A stretch of 63,358 nt of DNA, counting the filler, from Craspedostauros australis (lineage: Eukaryota), in NCBI GenBank assembly GCA_030167865.1. It is 8 parts of 8 records of this genome, joined end to end, with 100 filler letters (N's around TTAATTAATTAA, not from the genome) between each part and the next. Parts side by side here need not be neighbours in the genome. Positions count along the whole stretch, not along the records: positions 55,089 to 60,906 come from JALAGF010005731.1; positions 61,007 to 63,358 come from JALAGF010005732.1; 6 more parts are not named here. The stretch is one strand, 5' to 3'. A model generated the notes under the pieces. The model was not told the DNA's origin and did no database searches. It worked only from the letters and a program-made list of their open reading frames with translations. Positions 60,304-63,358 of this stretch are shown here, piece by piece (the stretch's first letter is position 1; each line of letters starts with the position of its first letter). Made by a program: the position numbers and the translations under genes.

Positions 60304-60906
60304 TTAGCTGCAGCCACCTGCGCTGGCGGTGGGGCAGTCCTCGCTCGCGTCGTCGATGGTGTATGTCAGCGAAGCAGGAGTACACGGTTGTGCAATCACG
60401 CAGTCCTCACAGCTCTCGCCATTATCCGCATTGCAGACACCCTCCTCGATGACGATGTCGCTGATCGATAGATTGTCATTGGCAATACCCTTGCACACGT
60501 TGTCTCCTTTGCAGCCATTCTTGTTGATGGCGACGCCTCCAGGGAATTTGTTATTGCCTGCGTGGATGTCTTCGCAAGCGGACTCTCCATCGCATGCGCT
60601 CGGTCCAAGCATTACATCGTTCTTCACCACGGGTGATCTGTTTTGACCAGGACGGTTCGAAAGATTTAGGCATGCGTTGGTTCCATCGCAAGCCCCTTTC
60701 TCAATTCTTATGTTGCCGTTCACGTTGCGGCCAAGATTTTCGCAACTGTTGTCACCATTACACGCACCTGGTTCGATCAGCCTGAAGCCACTGTTCTCAG
60801 GACTGGTACGAAAAGAGTACTTGCCCAAGTTGAGGCAGGCTCTGGCGCCGTTGCAACTCTCAAGGGCGATGCCAAACACGCTGAAACCAGCGCAGGCCGC
60901 GTCACC
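60304..60906 (-). CDS. Cys-rich repeat protein (CxGxxxC repeats), C-terminal part; probably extracellular
   Basis: ESCNGARAC, GACNGDNSC, GACDGTNAC, SACDGESAC, NGCKGDNVC, GVCNADNGESC; 5' end lost in the N gap. Confidence 0.7.
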   Translation of the reverse strand, partial: GDAACAGFSVFGIALESCNGARACLNLGKYSFRTSPENSGFRLIEPGACNGDNSCENLGRNVNGNIRIEKGACDGTNACLNLSNRPGQNRSPVVKNDVMLGPSACDGESACEDIHAGNNKFPGGVAINKNGCKGDNVCKGIANDNLSISDIVIEEGVCNADNGESCEDCVIAQPCTPASLTYTIDDASEDCPTASAGGCS

Positions 60907-61379
60907 NNNNNNNNNNNNNNNNNNNNNNNNNNNNNNNNNNNNNNNNNNNNTTAATTAATTAANNNNNNNNNNNNNNNNNNNNNNNNNNNNNNNNNNNNNN
61001 NNNNNNGGAGAAGTCGTAGTTGTTGTTTACCACATAGATTATAGTCTTTAACTATGCGCCGTAGGCGCTTTGTGTCGCCTCGTTTTTCTGCATGAGTCAT
61101 CCGGCAGGAACGGATGATGTTGGGGAAGCTGCTGTCCTTGTGGTGTATTCGATTGTGTGCATTGGATAGTGTGCATTCGATAGTGTGCATTAGATAGTGT
61201 AGGTGTAGTTAGAGCATGCATGTTACGCTAAGCGTCACTGGACGTCAACGGCAGGAGACAGGGCAGCGCCCACGCNNNNNNNNNNNNNNNNNNNNNNNNN
61301 NNNNNNGGAGATGCGGCGACACATCCACGCTTTTTGCGCTGGGGAACGGTAGCTGCGATGTGGGACATAGCATGTAGCA

Positions 61380-63358
61380 GAGTGAACAGCCTACGGTATG
61401 GTCCCAGCAGGTGAGAGTACTGGCGGCGGCAGGTCAGGAAGAAGACCCGCACGAGGTGTGGGGCAACAACATGGCCAATGAGATCAGGAAATGGCGAACT
61501 GAAGGCAACACTATTACACTGGGGGTCGACCTCAACGACGACGTCCTGGACAGTACCACTACTCGCCTTCTGGAGGCCACAGGGCTGAAGAACGCGGTAT
61601 GGAATAGAACAGGAGACCAGGCAAGGCAAGCTACCCAACAAAGAAACCGAAACAACGTGCCTATCAACACGATATTCGTGTTGGAAGGAGTGCATCTGGA
61701 GAAGGCAGGCTACCTGGGGTTCGGCGAGGCCATACCATCTGACCACAGAGCAGTATGGGTCGACGTTGGTTTCGAGCAAGTCCTAGGTGTGGCCGTGAAG
61801 CCCATCTGGACCTCTCAGCCCAGGCGGTTGGTCCTCAGTGGCCCACGTGTCACCCAGAAGTACAATGATGCACTGTTGGAAGAGTACGGAAAGCACAACA
61901 TATGTGAACGGGTGCAAGAGATATGGCACCTGGTGAAATCTCAAGGATGGCGACTGACCCCTGCCCAACGACTCCAGTACGACAAGCTCTTGGCGCAGAC
62001 CTATGAGATCAGAAGATACGCAGAGAAGAAGTGTCACAAGCTGAGAATGGCTGCCGTGGCGTGGTCTCCCAACCTGCAACATGCAAGGAACGTGATCATG
62101 TTCTGGTCCTTGGAAGTGAAGCACATGTCCAGTGTCAAAGTCAGTTCGTCCCTTCGACAACGCACCAAGAAGTCAGTGGGGCTGGACAGCGAGGCAACGC
62201 TGGAGCAAGCGAAACAGAAACAGTCTGAAGCATACGCAGCCTATTACACACAGAAAAAACATCACACACAAGCGCGACAACACTACCTGGTGGAGATTAC
62301 GAGGCAACGCCACGATGCTCATGATCAAGAATACGAAGCTGCACTACATCTTCTGCTGAACCGTGAGAGACAAAGGGAGCAAGCAGGCCGCCTTCGAGCG
62401 ATCTTCGGTCAGGACAAGTCAATGACCACCAAAGTCCTGTTCACCGACGAAGATGGCAGGCTTCATGAATGCACTGAACACCATGAGATTGTCACCACGT
62501 GTATCCGGAAGAACAAGCAAAGGTTCTCACAAGCAAACGGTGCTCCCTGTATGACAGGTCGAGACAAGCGTGTCATGGATCGTATCTGGCAACCGGAACT
62601 CGCAGCCCAACTGGTGAACAAGGAGGGCACGTCTCCAGCCAAACTTGACCCCATGATCCGGACCCTACTCGCAGCACTAGAGCCCATAGCACAGGACNAG
62701 ACCGAACTCACAGTCGAGGATCACCAGAAAGCGTGGAAGCNACNAACAGAGCTCACCAACTTGGAGCCAAGCAACCCACATTTTGGCCACTACAAGGCAG
62801 CAATGATGGTGGATAGCTTGGCTAGAACGGACGCGCAGCTGCGTGATGTCTCATACCAGACGGGACACTCACCCTGACCATGGCAACGGATCACAGACGT
62901 TGAGATCCTGAAGAAGGCCCAAGTGTTCAATATCGAGAAAATGAGGACCATTCAACTCATGGACNNNNNNNNNNNNNNNNNNNNNNNNNNNNNNNNNNNN
63001 NNNNNNNNNNNNNNNNNNNNNNNNNNNNNNNNNNNNNNNNNNNNNNNNNNNNNNNNNNNNNNNNNNNNNNNTGCCATGAGTGCCGCCCTGAACAAGAGGC
63101 TGAGTGTTGATCTGGGTTTCCAACAGAAGGTGGCGATTGGGTTCTGCTCGAATGACGCCAAGTTGTGTTACAACAGGATCGTCCCCAACTTTGCGGCAGC
63201 TGCGATGATAGCAGCAGGCGCAGATGGGGCAGCCACGCGGAGCATGTTCAAGACCCTTCGAGACGCCGACCACTGCATCAGCACAGCGTACGGGGTGTCA
63301 GATAGGTCATACCGTCGAGGCGCAGACTGTGAAATGCATGGCATTGGACAAGGCAACG
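61380..63358 (+). mobile_element. Non-LTR retrotransposon (Ambal-like): AP endonuclease C-terminus and RT N-terminus, with a premature stop at 62875-62877
   Basis: APE motifs GVDLND...NTIF...SDHRAVWVD; GHYKAA...GHSP*PWQ...ILKK...EKMRTIQLMD. After the gap: CSNDAKLCYNRI...STAYGVS...GIGQGN (RT motifs). Confidence 0.85.

Overview
Eukaryotic genomic DNA with GT-AG introns, very probably from a diatom or related stramenopile (inferred from gene families and element types; the species cannot be named). The window is not one locus. It is eight assembly scaffolds joined by N-TTAATTAATTAA-N linkers (4579, 6940, 34573, 36525, 45433, 55033, 60951), so adjacency across a linker means nothing. Genes: two head-to-head, truncated fatty acyl-AMP ligase-like genes; a 72-bp tandem array that may be coding; a four-exon membrane cyclase-phosphodiesterase fusion; a double-DUF179 protein; an LtrA-like membrane protein; a RING protein; a 1679-aa STAND/AAA ATPase; an SNM1/PSO2 nuclease; a single-pass LRR surface protein with 72-bp exons; and a Cys-repeat protein. 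Mobile and decayed DNA: a complete, young Ty1/copia element (376-bp LTRs, ATCAT target-site duplication), two decayed FAD-monooxygenase copies, a tRNA-like relic and an Ambal-like LINE. Two signals stand out. (1) Three LRR-like paralogues have near-invariant frameworks but periodic hypervariable patches on the predicted beta-strands, resembling diversifying recognition receptors. (2) The copia element carries an unusual set of signals: a candidate -1 frameshift at G_GUU_UUU into a hydrophobic transframe region, a half-tRNA primer site, a TG...GA LTR and a central PPT copy.
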